Position numbers and translations under genes: made by a program
Notes under the pieces: generated by a model
The model's input: the letters and a program-made list of their open reading frames with translations, nothing else
What the model was told of the DNA's origin: nothing
The model's database searches: none
Shown here: positions 14,197-27,200 of the stretch, piece after piece
Layout: every line of letters begins with the position of its first letter
Position numbering within the stretch: position 1 is the first letter of the stretch
Assembly (NCBI RefSeq): GCF_009914755.1
Contig: NC_060939.1
Length of the DNA stretch: 64,000 bases
Strand: one strand, 5' to 3'
From: the human T2T-CHM13v2.0 reference genome, Homo sapiens

Positions 14197-15059
14197 TCAC
14201 AGATTTATTTCCCAATAATTCTTTCTCAATAATTCTCATGCTCTTGTCTCCCGATTCTTTCAAAGTACTTCCTTGTCCCTAGCTCTAGCTCCTTTCTTGA
14301 CTCTCAGAACCTCTGCCACTAGGTTCTCGGGTTCTGAGTGAGCACTTGTATCAAGCTTGATTCTCCAATCACAGACTGAACCAACCACTCTCTGATTTGC
14401 CCTTGGGGGCTCCAGATTGTTCTCTGAGCAGATCCCAATTCACCATATGGCACAGCAAGTGGGCAATAGAGGGAAGCCGAGACCCAGCACTCCTGTTTCC
14501 AGATGGCCATCTAGACCACAGTACAGAACTGTACTTCAGAGCCTCTACCCCGCTGTGCGTTGTGCTGATACAATACTTACATTAGGTTATTCTGTCTCTC
14601 TTTACTGAGTGAATTCCAGAAATGGGATGAGAGAAAGCAAAAGCCCTTTATTTACACGGTTGTGAGTGCAGGCGAGGCTGGAGAAAACAGTGATATAAGA
14701 GATCTTTTTATCAGACTGATTTAAAGACAACCACGTAAATTACCTAAACTGTTGTCATAGGGATATTAAATGTGAACCCAAGTTCACGGAGCACGGTAAA
14801 GAATTAGTCCTGTGTGACTCTGCCTACCTTTCAAGAGAAACAATAGCTTATCCTCAGAACTTGGAGAGACACATCAACAAATGTCTCACAATTAATACAT
14901 TTGGCCTAATGTTTTAGGACAAGACAAATATTTAATTTGAACAAGAGATGTAAAAGTTAGGAATTACTCTAGTGAAAACAGATTTGGATGATGATGGACA
15001 ATATTAGTGTGGTGCCTCAACAAAGACTTTTGCCTCTTGCATACTATTATGATTGCACG

Positions 15060-15580
15060 GTAATCTTACCCAGCTAGTGTTTTCTTAATGTCCTGGGGAG
15101 CCTGATCATTGTAAATTACCTGTGACATCTCATTAATCCTCTTTTTCCTCACAAACGCATAATTAATGGTAACATTGACAATAATACACAAATTAGCTAA
15201 GTGACGCTTTATGGTGTTGGTTTTGATTAACGTCAGGAACCCAAAAATGACGTTAATGTAATGCAGATCCCAAAAGGCAGTCTGCACTTTGACCCCAGAC
15301 ATACATTTTGTTTGCACCATCACCAAGATTAATCCTCCTCTGGATGAAGATGAGACAAAACTCTGGCCACTGGCAGTGTGTGCTAGGCTGTCGGAAAACA
15401 AACCGCCTCAACTGCATTTGTTTAAGAAGGAAATCTTAATGCACAGAAAACAACGGCGTAGTGTCATTTCCTATTGTCTAGTTAGGACAAAGATAAATGA
15501 GCAACTGTCATGATTCAGATCAACTGCTTCCCTGCTAACTTCTATTATTTGCTTATTTATGGACTGGTGTTTAATTAAAA
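15060..15580. promoter_or_regulatory. Candidate developmental enhancer / conserved non-coding element
   Basis: Unique sequence with dense TAAT, TAATCC, TTTATGG and TGACG motifs and retained CpGs. Conservation not verified. Confidence 0.5.
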
Positions 15581-17729
15581 GTATACCTAGATATATAAAC
15601 CACATGATAAAATAATTGAAATTCCTTTTGCTTTCACTATAAATGGTTTTTGGAAATCAAGACTGATTTTTATATGCATTTCAACCTGCAGGACCTTTAA
15701 ATGATAAATTCTTATTAACCACAAGAGGGTAAACAAAATCAATGCCTGAGAAAATATGCTTTGTCTCTGACTTGAGTAACAAAGTAAAAACACTAGAAGA
15801 AATTTGGATAAAGTTCTTAACTTCATCAGTGAGGCATCCTTGTAGACTCTGAGAAAGCTGATATAGAGACGCTTTTTCCAAATTATAAAAGAGACAAACA
15901 CTTTAAGTAAGTCACAGTAGCATCTACTGCTGCATCATCAACTTCTAAATTCAGGCTTAATCATGTGACTTTAATATAAACATGAACAGTTTCTTAATTA
16001 CGATTTTCACAAATCTGAGTTAAGTACTGAATCTTTTTAACACTCCAAAGAGGTAGCATATGCTAATTTTTTAAAGATGCAACCTTCTATTTTCTTCGTA
16101 ACAATTACTTATAGCTGAAACATCTTAATGGTATACATTTTTTAAAAATAATAGTCTCGTATTTGATTAATTTAACATCTACTTATTTAGGCTATTTTTC
16201 AAAATGTTACTGCTACTAAACCACAGCCCTGGCTAATGATCGTATTCCACTTCAAAAACGGAGTAAGAAGAAAAGCCATATTTTCATGCTTTGTTCTATT
16301 TTTCACACAAATAACTATCATTTATGGACAAAAATATGCAACACGTAAAGTGATGTCATAAAAATTTGAAATAAATCCACCAAAATTGGAAAGCAAAGAT
16401 CACCGAAATTATGAAACATTGTGGGTATATTTGATAAAAAGAAGATACTATTTTTGATTAAAAAAAGAGAATATCTTAAAAAGAAGATTTTGGTTGCTGT
16501 GGGTATGTATTTTCAATTGTGAGGCCTCTAATCCACCTCTCCCCCAAAATAAGAAAACAGACTGCCTTACAACTGCTTGTCATAGCAGTTTAATTTTGAA
16601 AAATGCCTCATCTGTCCCTGCTTGCAATATATTGTCTTACGACTACGTTTACCTTTTTTATTTTTTGGGGGGGGTTATTGAAAGTTACAAGGAGCAAAAT
16701 AATGTTTTTAGAGAATTTTTTTCTTCTCTTGTTTAAATATTATTTTAAAATCAAAAGCAGCTCATTTTTAAATCGACATATTAAGTGTTAGCTGCACCAA
16801 CTTTCACCAGCACACAAACCCATTGTAAAGCAAACTGGAATTTAAGGGGCAATGGGGAGTCCTACAGAGGTCATATTTTCACTCTGCCTAACTAAACCAT
16901 AAATCAAGATTACAACAATAAATTATTTTTTATTATTTTGGCAGGAATAAGTATAGCCTTGAATTTTGAAAGATATTTGGGCTTAATTCATATGTTAAAT
17001 AGGTCGGGATAAACCAATGCTAGAAGAAATTGAAACTGGCCCAATATTATACAGAAACCCAAATTAGGCACTCACCACCAAACTAATTAGTAATTGATAA
17101 ATTTACAATAGTAATGTAATTTCTTTACACTGCAAAGCCAAAGAAATAGGATAATTGAAAGCTTCAAATCTAAAAAAAAAAAAATTGACAATCTTTTAAT
17201 CAAAGGCATTGTTTACAACGTGGCTTTTAGGTAGCTGCAGTAACATCTTTAACTGGTTAAAAACACTCATCAAGCTATAAAACTACTTTCTTAGATGTCT
17301 ATAGCAAACTGTTTGAAACCTCCCAAAGTGCCTTAATTTATATTTTTTCAGCAGCTACAATGAATGTTACTTTCTTCCAGTCCAAATGTATCATTTTCAC
17401 TTTTCAACTTATTCAAGTTCATAGAGAGCAACCTATGAAGCCACAATTTTATAGAAATCTATTTTTCAGGTTTAAATGTGGTACCCTGACTTTTCATAAG
17501 CTCCAATAGTTGTGCCAAGTTACTTTTTTGTTGTTGTTCTAAGGAAAGATTTTATGCAAATAAAGAGACTGCTCTGTGGGAAAGCATGTTTTCTTAAGTA
17601 TTTAATCGGACATTTCCACACCACAACACTTTGTAGACATGTTTTTGCTTTGAAAACATAATCTTATCAGGGGTGGTTGGTGTACAATTCTTGTCTGTTT
17701 TCTTACCTTTGAATTTGAGCTCTATTTAT

Positions 17730-18070
17730 AAGGCTCAACTAAATGATGTCTGCAGCTAAGGCATTTCCTTACTAGGGAGTTTTACACGAACACAATTAAT
17801 ATGAAAGCACACAACGCATTGAACAGGGTGTCAATTTAGGTTTCCGGTACAATGTAACCTTATCGAAGTGTTCCCGTTTACATAGAAGAAAACAAATATG
17901 ATAAAGCGGTTAAATATGTATCTGTCTTAGATTTCTAACATTTTCCTCTCGATATATCTTTTCGGAATAAACAAAGGGAAGTGAATTCTTCATTCCTTAT
18001 TTGTACAAACAAGTGAAATTGGGTCCCCTTCACGATGGAAGGCACTGGCCTTTCTCCTCACATGGAACAA
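17730..18070. promoter_or_regulatory. Candidate conserved non-coding element
   Basis: Unique AT-rich sequence with about nine retained CpGs and FOX/SOX-like AAACAAA motifs. Confidence 0.35.
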
Positions 18071-21000
18071 ACTGCTAGAGAAACTTGGTTTACACAAAAT
18101 GGAAACATTTAATCCTTGCATCTATATTTCAAAATAGTACATGGTTTTTCCATAAATCTATGTGTGATGACATATTTCGTAACATTACATAAGGCTTTCC
18201 ATGCATTTTTATTCATGGGAGAATGGCTTGCAGAAAATCACAACATTGTACTATGCTTCTCCAGCAAGTTAATTTTCACTTTACTGCGAATATACAGTTT
18301 ATGGAAAAATAATAGTTATTTAAGTGTAGCGTACTTACCTGTTGCTGTGGGAAAATTCCTACCATTAAAAATGTGCTTTCACTTCAGTTATTATTATAAT
18401 GTAGGCTATACCAATGCCTGATGATTTTTATAAACAGAACCTATAAATCTGCATTTTGGTTCAGGGCTGTACTATTTAGACAAATGAAAATGAAGCAGCA
18501 TGACATGAAGTCCAAAGGAACGTTCTTATACATGCCTCAACTTTGGTTTTTTGGTAACTGCCCTTTGGAGACTATCCTTTATTAAGGATCTTAATGAGGG
18601 TTCTGCCTGTATTTTTCTCCCAAGAATGTCAAATAAGGTTCGAAAGCAAATGTAAACTGTAATACAAGTGACACACACTAAAAATAGCCCTATAAATCTG
18701 TTCATTTTGTTTAGATAGTCTCCAGAGTTGTAAAAAGTAGGACTGTTCAGCTTTATTATTTGTTTTGGAAAACCTAATTCTGTAGAGAATAGGCCACTGA
18801 TAATGCTATATTACTTTAGAGGAGATTTATTAAGACTGTCTCTAGATTTAATTTTTTTAAAATAAAGAAACTCTTTCCTGTTTTTATTTTCCAAATAATC
18901 TACAAGATAATTAACTGAATATAATCTATAATATTAAATAAATTTTCCCATTTACTCATTAGAATTAAGATTTTGAAAGGCACATTTATCTAAACTAAAA
19001 TTAATTAAAATTTCAAATAGAATTCTCATTCCTATTAACCTGTCAAATATGTTGCGTTCAATGTTTCCAGTAACAGAACAACAATATTTATTATCTAACG
19101 TACCATAAGTTTTTAAAAATAACTCCAGGAGAACATTTTTGGAACACTTACAATCTGAATAGACAACTAAAAAAATCAGACATTTCTGTGTGAAAAATAG
19201 CTATTGTAAATTAAAATGGTTGAGGGAGAATATATTTTTAGAAAACGATGTCATTTGAATTTGAGAAATTGGATGTCAGGGCAAAATTGAAAGAGGGGGT
19301 GTGAGCTCCATCATTTGTTAAGGAGGTTTAGAAAAGTAGTTTAGAAGAGGTTTCTCTTGAGAAAAAGTTTAGGAGGTTTAAACCTTTCCTTTACCCTTTC
19401 CCCATGGTAGTCAGTAGGATCTCTTGGATTGGCTGGATGACTTTGCACTCAAGCCAAGATTGATTGCAATCTAGAGCTTTGTTTTTTGATATCTTATCCC
19501 AATGGAGGCATGTATAAACAGACAAAATGACTAAATTGGGCAGCAATCTGACCTTTTAGATGAGAGGCAGTTCAAAAACTACATCAAATTCTCTTTGAAG
19601 AAACAAGAACATTGTCACTGAACAGAACCTTACAGCTTAGTTCTTTTTTCTTCCACACGGCCGAACTGTACCCTTGAATTATTAAGAAATAGGAGTTTCC
19701 AGGGCTTTGGGCCTCCTTCCCACCCCAACCCCTCCCAAACTCCCTTCCCCCTGAGTTCAGAAAGAAAAAAGTGTTGCTATTCATATGATAATTGTCAAAA
19801 CCATGACGAGGGCCAAACAAGACAGTGCCAAGAAATCATTAGTTCAGTATACATCTCAGATTTCTGTAATGTTCAGTTAATGGGCTGGATTTCACCAGAC
19901 CTTTTTTCTTGTAAATTCTCCTTAGTTTGCTTTTAGCCATCTTTAAAAAGAATTGTGTAAGCCAGGTTTTTAGTAATCCTTTTTCAGTGAAAGTTAATTT
20001 TTTTAAAAACTGAAATATTGTTTTTGACAAGTTCTTACATTCCATTTTTATTATATACATTTTGAAATTACTAATTCAGAAAACTAAAATGCTGTACTGA
20101 AAAATTTCCCAACACCATATTAGAGCTGAACATTGTAGCTCAAGCACATAAAACACAGAAGGGAGATAAAATAACCAAAATATCTTTAAATTTAAAAAAA
20201 ATTCTGATTCATGTAGAAAGAAGGATAACATACAGGAAATTTTGAGAACATTTTTTATTCATTCAGGTAAATGTTGATGCAAGTCTGTTTTTACATATAT
20301 GAGTTAATCTAATGCTTCAGATATTATAATGTCATTCTATCTTTTTAAATATTTTATAGAAATATGTCACCATGGAAAAAGCAAATATTACAATGAGAGT
20401 AACCAACCAGAATTTTGAAAAGCAAAGGAAAAGGAATAGTGCAATTTTTGTTTGTAAACCTATTGACATAAATAGTCTGACCTGTCACAAATTACCTTTT
20501 AGCTACCGTATGTTATGTATAGAACAGTCAAAACTGATAACATTTTGCTTTCATCAGTTTTGTGTTAGGATTCTGAAAACCTGAAATGTTGATTGTGGCA
20601 AAATAATCAAATGTATCTACATAGCATGCCTCCCCTGGACATGTTTACTCTGGTAAGAATTCATAAATGCAAAACTAGGCTAAAGAACAGGGTTACTGCT
20701 TCTAAAAGGCAGCTCATGGGTTGTTTAATAGTATTTTAAATGTCTGCTAATCGGAGTCACAAGAAAGCACAGAAGAGTAGAGAATTGGTTCCAGGGCAAT
20801 CACACAGTAGTCAAGAAGATTAACATGCCACTAGGGGACAGCAGAAAGTCACAGAATGAGGTAGTGCCAGAGAGACCAGAACAAAAGGCTTTTCTTTGTC
20901 GAGAGACAGACAGAGAGAGAGACTAAGATGTATTTCCAAACTAAAATCATTTTACAAGTATTCGTAAGTGTATTTTTAAAAAGCAGTAGAAAAATATTTT

Positions 21001-22419
21001 CAAGGTTCTATTTTTAGATTGCTAAGCTCTGTGTACCAGAATGTTATAAAATATACATAACTATCATCTTGGCAAAATAAATTCAAATATGGGCTATTCT
21101 ATTTTCTGCTTTTTAGAGTGAAGAAAAGTTTCAAACATCAGGAAAAAAAACAGCGCATTGCAAAACATATTAGACTGAACCTATCGATGACAAAATACAA
21201 CTGTGAAATGTTGAGACTGTTCATCAAAGCTGGACATAAGCAGGATCCATTCCATTTTCAAAGAGGTAGAGTGACTGTCTGAAAAAACAAAAGTAACTAG
21301 AAAATTGATAAAACTGACCGAGTCATCTATGCAGAAAGTTGCTTATATAGACCCATAATATAATACATTTGTGATCATAAAGCACAATTTTGATTTTGGA
21401 ATTGCAATCATAGTTCAAGGCGAGTAACAATTTTAACCTCTGTAATTATTTTAAAAGCTAATGCACATCCTTTAACAATTCAGTTTGCTGAAATGGTCAC
21501 TTATGCTTTTGTATTTATACACCTAAACATCATCTAAGTGCAATAGATTTTACAATCCCAGGTGATTTACCTAGACTGCAACATTGTTATCAAATGACAA
21601 CCTTCTAAGTTTCTTGAATTCATGGGTCATATTCCTTTGTTTGAGCTGCATAAAACCTATATCACTGAGCAGTCACTTAATATCTCTGATGATAAGGATG
21701 TTAATGAGTTTTGTAATACTTTTCTGAGTTATTTCTCTGTTACAATATTGCTTCTTGAATGCTATACATTGTTTATTCTTGTTTTATGTGGTACACATGT
21801 ATTATTTACTTACCAGATAATCGCAGTTTTCCCGTCATAAAAATCAAAAGGTCGAAAAAAATTTGAGAAATTTGAGAAAAATATTTGAGAAATTTAGTTC
21901 ATTTTCCCATTATTTTTTATTTCATACAAAACTGGGAATAAAATATGGCAAAGCTGTTTATTTGCCCTATTTTTATTTTTTGGCCCTATTTTTCATATTT
22001 AAGGATTTCAATTGCACAGTATTTTTTAAAATTTCTGGTGGCTGTTATGTATTGTACATAAAAATATTTAGAATTCTTTTCTTACCACCAAAATATAATT
22101 TTGATTAAAATTATAAATGTATTCTAAATTCATGGCATCCTTTCCATTTTCATTATTTTGTCTTTATTTAATCCCTTTCTTTTTTCTGTAATATGTTTTC
22201 CTTTCTGATCAAGTATCCTGACTCTTATGCACTTCTGGAATTTAGCACTTCTTTCATCTCAGATGGACTTTATCCCTAGATCCACAATTATTTATTTTTT
22301 GTTTCTTTTCCTGGATGGGTTCCTGTGTTATAGATTGCATTCTCTCTTTTTGTTCTGCAATTTGGACTAGCAGACTACAAAAATAATAATTCAACACATG
22401 TTAAATCCTGAAGATCCTC

Positions 22420-22750
22420 TCCCTGCACGGTGGAGAAGATCTTCCTAATATCTTGCTGAAATCCCCATCTACCACATTTAAGACCCTGCTGTCTGGTACT
22501 ATTCTCAGAGGAAACAGAGACCAGCTGTTCACCTCTACCTGCAAAGGACTGTGTTCCTTCATGAACTTGAAGACTGCGATTAATTCCTTCCAAGTCTTTT
22601 CTTCTCCAGACTAAACAAGGCCAGTTTCTTTACCCTTGTTTTATTGGTACTATTTTCCAACACTTGAGTTATTTTGCTGCTTCCTCTGGACCTACTCCAA
22701 ATTCTGCACATTTGGCATAAATGTTAGGATGCTAAAGGACACAACAGGAT
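22420..22750 (-). mobile_element. L3/CR1 remnant
   Basis: 'ttcttctccagactaaacaaggccagtttcttta' and 'cttcctctggacctactccaa' are typical of antisense CR1/L3. Confidence 0.75.
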
Positions 22751-23866
22751 AACAAAGAACAGATTAATAATGCATATAAAGTGAATGATTCTATTTCCTA
22801 AATTCTCAATGACTATCTGTCAGTATTTTGTCTTTGAACAATCAGACTGTGCTTTTAACCCACAATTAGTTTATGATCCACTGTGGAACCTTGTTATCTT
22901 TTTTCTTACTTATAATTCAATAAATCTTTCATTTTTTATATTTAAAGTTTATTTTTTTCTCTCCACCAGTTAATTGCTTATGCTTTTTTCCAATAACCCT
23001 CTCTATAATTTTTTTCACTTGTTCCCTCTAACTTTTCCTTTTTACGCTGGTTGTTCTCTCTTGCTTAAATTCCCATCACAATGTCTTGGACAGTATCAGA
23101 ACCTCAACAATTTCTTCAGAATACAAAGATAATTGAAATAATTATATGTCCATTTAATTTCCTTAAGCAAACTCTTAATAAATAAGATTAGTGAGTTTTT
23201 ACAAAGAAAAAATGTCTTTAAAATATTAACATTACCCTAAAAGGTAGATATTTTTTTCTTCCAAACAAGAAGACTTGGCTAATGTGGCAGGTATGTGTGA
23301 AAGAGAGAGAAGAGAGGTGTTGGTGTATGGAAGTAAGCATAAGTTAACTTCTAGAAAACTGGAAGCATTTGGCCTTCACCCTTTTCTTACCTCGGAAAGG
23401 ACCTGAGATTTACGATTTTCCTCACAACTGCACCCTCTGTCATGTCTAATACTTTATCCGTCCACATAGAGAGATAGAGAAGATAGATATGAATAAAATT
23501 ATATCTAATCTCTCTCATCCTTAACACCTGCAAATTACAGTACTCCTTCAGTACTTTCACTTTGTAGAGTAGGTTATTCCACTTAGAAATTATATTAAAT
23601 TTTTAGTCTGCTGAGATAAAGCTATGGATGAATTCTGCAAATTCTGAGTAGTTCCCACTGTGGGCTATTGATGACTAAACTGCCCTGTAATAATAACAAT
23701 GAACGAAGGAGAGAGAAAAGCAAAATCACTATGTAATTCTACTATTGCCTTAATACTGTCCTGTGAAAGCAAAGAAAAAATTGGAAGAGAAAATTATGAT
23801 TTAATAAACTGATTTTCAATACCAATCATCAAATTTTAAAAAATAGCCTTACTTTGTGCAAAATGA

Positions 23867-24218
<352 letters not shown>

Positions 24219-27200
24219 AGAGATCACAAGAAATATTATGAAACTGCTTGAACTCTTAGTATCTATTCATCTCCAAACTAACCTTTACACAAAAAGAGGG
24301 GGAGGGGAATAAAATAAAACAAATTAAACCTTCAAGTTTTTATTCTCACCCAGATGTTAGCCTGTAAAGAAGAGACACTCTTGCATAAACAGTGCAGGGC
24401 TCTATTGCTTCCAGCACCTGCATCCAAGTTGCTGAAATTGTAAAGAAAAGTTCCCTCTATTTAACCCATGTCTAGTGCGTATGAGTCCTTCTATGGTTTC
24501 TTAAACCCGTTAGTTGTCTTCATGAAGAAAATAATACCTTCAAGCAAGAAGACAACAGAAAAGTTAAGGTCTTCTTTTGTTTATATCATTTCAGTTTACA
24601 AAAAATAAAAAGTAAAATAAATAAAACTTGGAACTGTTCTATAACTGTCATTTAGCATATGGTAAATTTGACCAGACTGTTTACTTACACAGGAGTCTTA
24701 TCTGAAGGTCAGAAATGTAATCAAAAACTAACCAAATACAAAGAGAAACTAGTGAAAGATGAAATAACCCAAACTCAAAATGCCCTACTTAAATCACTTA
24801 GGGTTTTTGTTTGAGGACTTTTAAAATTATTATTTCTCTGGAAATAATTAGAGCTTTATTAAAAAAAAAGACATCAAAAAGCCCCCACAAGGAAATCTAT
24901 AGAATATTTTTAAATGAAAAGAAGTGTGCAAGAACACTGTATATTCACTGCAGTGACTATGACATGTATCTTCCTAAACACCTTCGTTTACACGTGGCAT
25001 ATGTAGAAGAAAAGTGAAATTGAGCCTCTGACTTATTGTTCCTTGAATGGATAGACCCCCTTGGCTACAGACATCAGAGACCCTTTGCTACATTCATTTC
25101 TTTCCCTCTATCTAGCAACTTCTTTTCTGATCAGCCTTCTGAATATTATGCCTTTCTCTCTCACTCTCTACAGTCTATCTTTCTTCTTTGTCTGCGTTCA
25201 GTAAATCTCATTTTTCCTATGTAACAATTATATTTATGATGTTAAATTATATTTATACTTTACCTTAATGATGTCCCTTCTTTATTTTCCCCTCCCTAAA
25301 TCATTTCTATCTTTCTTTCCAACTCTCTTCTCCTTCAGGCCCTCTCTGTCCCCTCCAGCCTTTTCCCTTATTCTGTCACCTCAGGTTGCTGCTGAGCTTC
25401 CTACTCTTTTTCCTGTCACTCTGTACAATCTTCAGTAGCAAATCTCTTTCCCACTTCTCTTTCCATGTGGTCTGTGTATGCATTTGGGAAAGATGACTTA
25501 CACATGGGGTCAGGGTGAGGGAAAGAGGTCTTAATACGCAAGAAAATGCAGAATGTCTCAGGAAGAGCAAACTTTTCGAAATATTTTATTTTAATGTAGA
25601 CCACCAGCAGATGCAAAAATTAAAAAGTAATATCCAAAAAATATGATCCCTCTGTATTTCACACCCAATGCCTTTATATCCTGCAGGTGTTCCTCAAGAC
25701 CAACTTGAAGCACAGTCATTTAAAAGATCTCTTATTATTTTATTTTTACTTTTCATTTCCCAAAAGGTTTTAAATAAATTCTTTAGTACAGTTTACTAAA
25801 AGGAAGACAGATGCATTTTTCTCCTGAATCTGAATGCTTCGGTTTGGCTTTGAGAAAATGTGTTTAACAAGTCAGTTCTTAGCAGAGACCCAGTTTAAGT
25901 AACCTATGGCGCATTTTATTTGTAAATAATTTATTATTGAATACAAATGCCCATACTTTCTAACATGTCAAAATCAACAGGAAGCAGGACTTCTTGTAAG
26001 GGTTTACCACTAGTCCTACTAAATTTTTGTCAAGATTGTGTGAAAAGCATACTTAATATTTAATTTAGCTTATAACACCGAAAGGAGCTGCCATCCACCT
26101 TAGTGGAATAATATGCAAGGCTGAACTGTGTCTTTCTCATTTGGGGAGAAGAAAAATGCTTAAATATCCCACCAGTGATGCATCTGAGAAACTGGATAAC
26201 TTTTAGTGTTTTCTGTAATCCCACTTTTAAAATAAATAATGAGTGTTTATATGTGTATTCAGCAATGGCTATGATATCGCCGTCACCCCCTACTAAAAAA
26301 GATTCTCTGGTGGGTTTTCAATCTTAAAATCTTCTCACTACATTCTAGGAAACTGGAGAACAATAGGTGGGTTTCATATAGCACCTGATTGATATTTCCA
26401 GGGTGTGAAAACCTCTACTGGCAGATTAGCCTGATATTGCATATTCAAACACATACAATGCTATATTTGTCATTGCTATTGACCTTTATCTCTCCAGTTT
26501 CCTGACAACCTTCTACAGTTATTGACATTACAAATACCAGCAACAACGTGCAGGGCAAAGTATAACCTTTCATTTACCTTCATGTCCCTCAAATGACTTG
26601 TGTAGGTAGTTTCAACAAAAGCGGCAAACAATGATACTGTTGATTTTTTTTTCCTTAACTTGCTAAAATGTTTTCCATTTTCCTCTTGTTCTCAGAAAAT
26701 CATGCCAATAACTCTCTACAAAGGAAACGATTTCAAATGAATACAGGTAATTAGAAGTGTCAGGAAATCAGCAAAGTAGGGTGTCTGCCATCATTTCTGT
26801 GGAAAGAGTGCCAGATTCTCTTTCAAAAAGGTCTTTGTCATTTTTTAATAGAAGGTAATTAATGTAGACTACAGTAAAATGTGCAGGATTCCAGTTGCTT
26901 GTCTTTCTTGCCATAGAAATGGGACCATAAAGATGTTTTGATATCTAGAAACAATCTTCTGAGGTTATTTCAAAATGACTTTTAATTACAAAAGTAGTCC
27001 TTTTAGTCTTTTCATTTGAAAAGAAAAAAGATTTAGAAAGGGCATATTTTTTAGGAGACAAAGGAAAGAAAGTTTTACAAGGAAAAATTATCTGGAAAGT
27101 GAAACAACAGGATTTTATACAGCTGACAAGAGTTGAGTATGCTATAAATTATCCTATATCTCAAACGTTTCTAACAGTAAGAGAAATAATGCATATTGTC

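Noticed and set aside
14303-14338. 9-bp inverted repeat ctcagaacc/ggttctgag
   Set aside because: Too short for a pre-miRNA stem and expected by chance.
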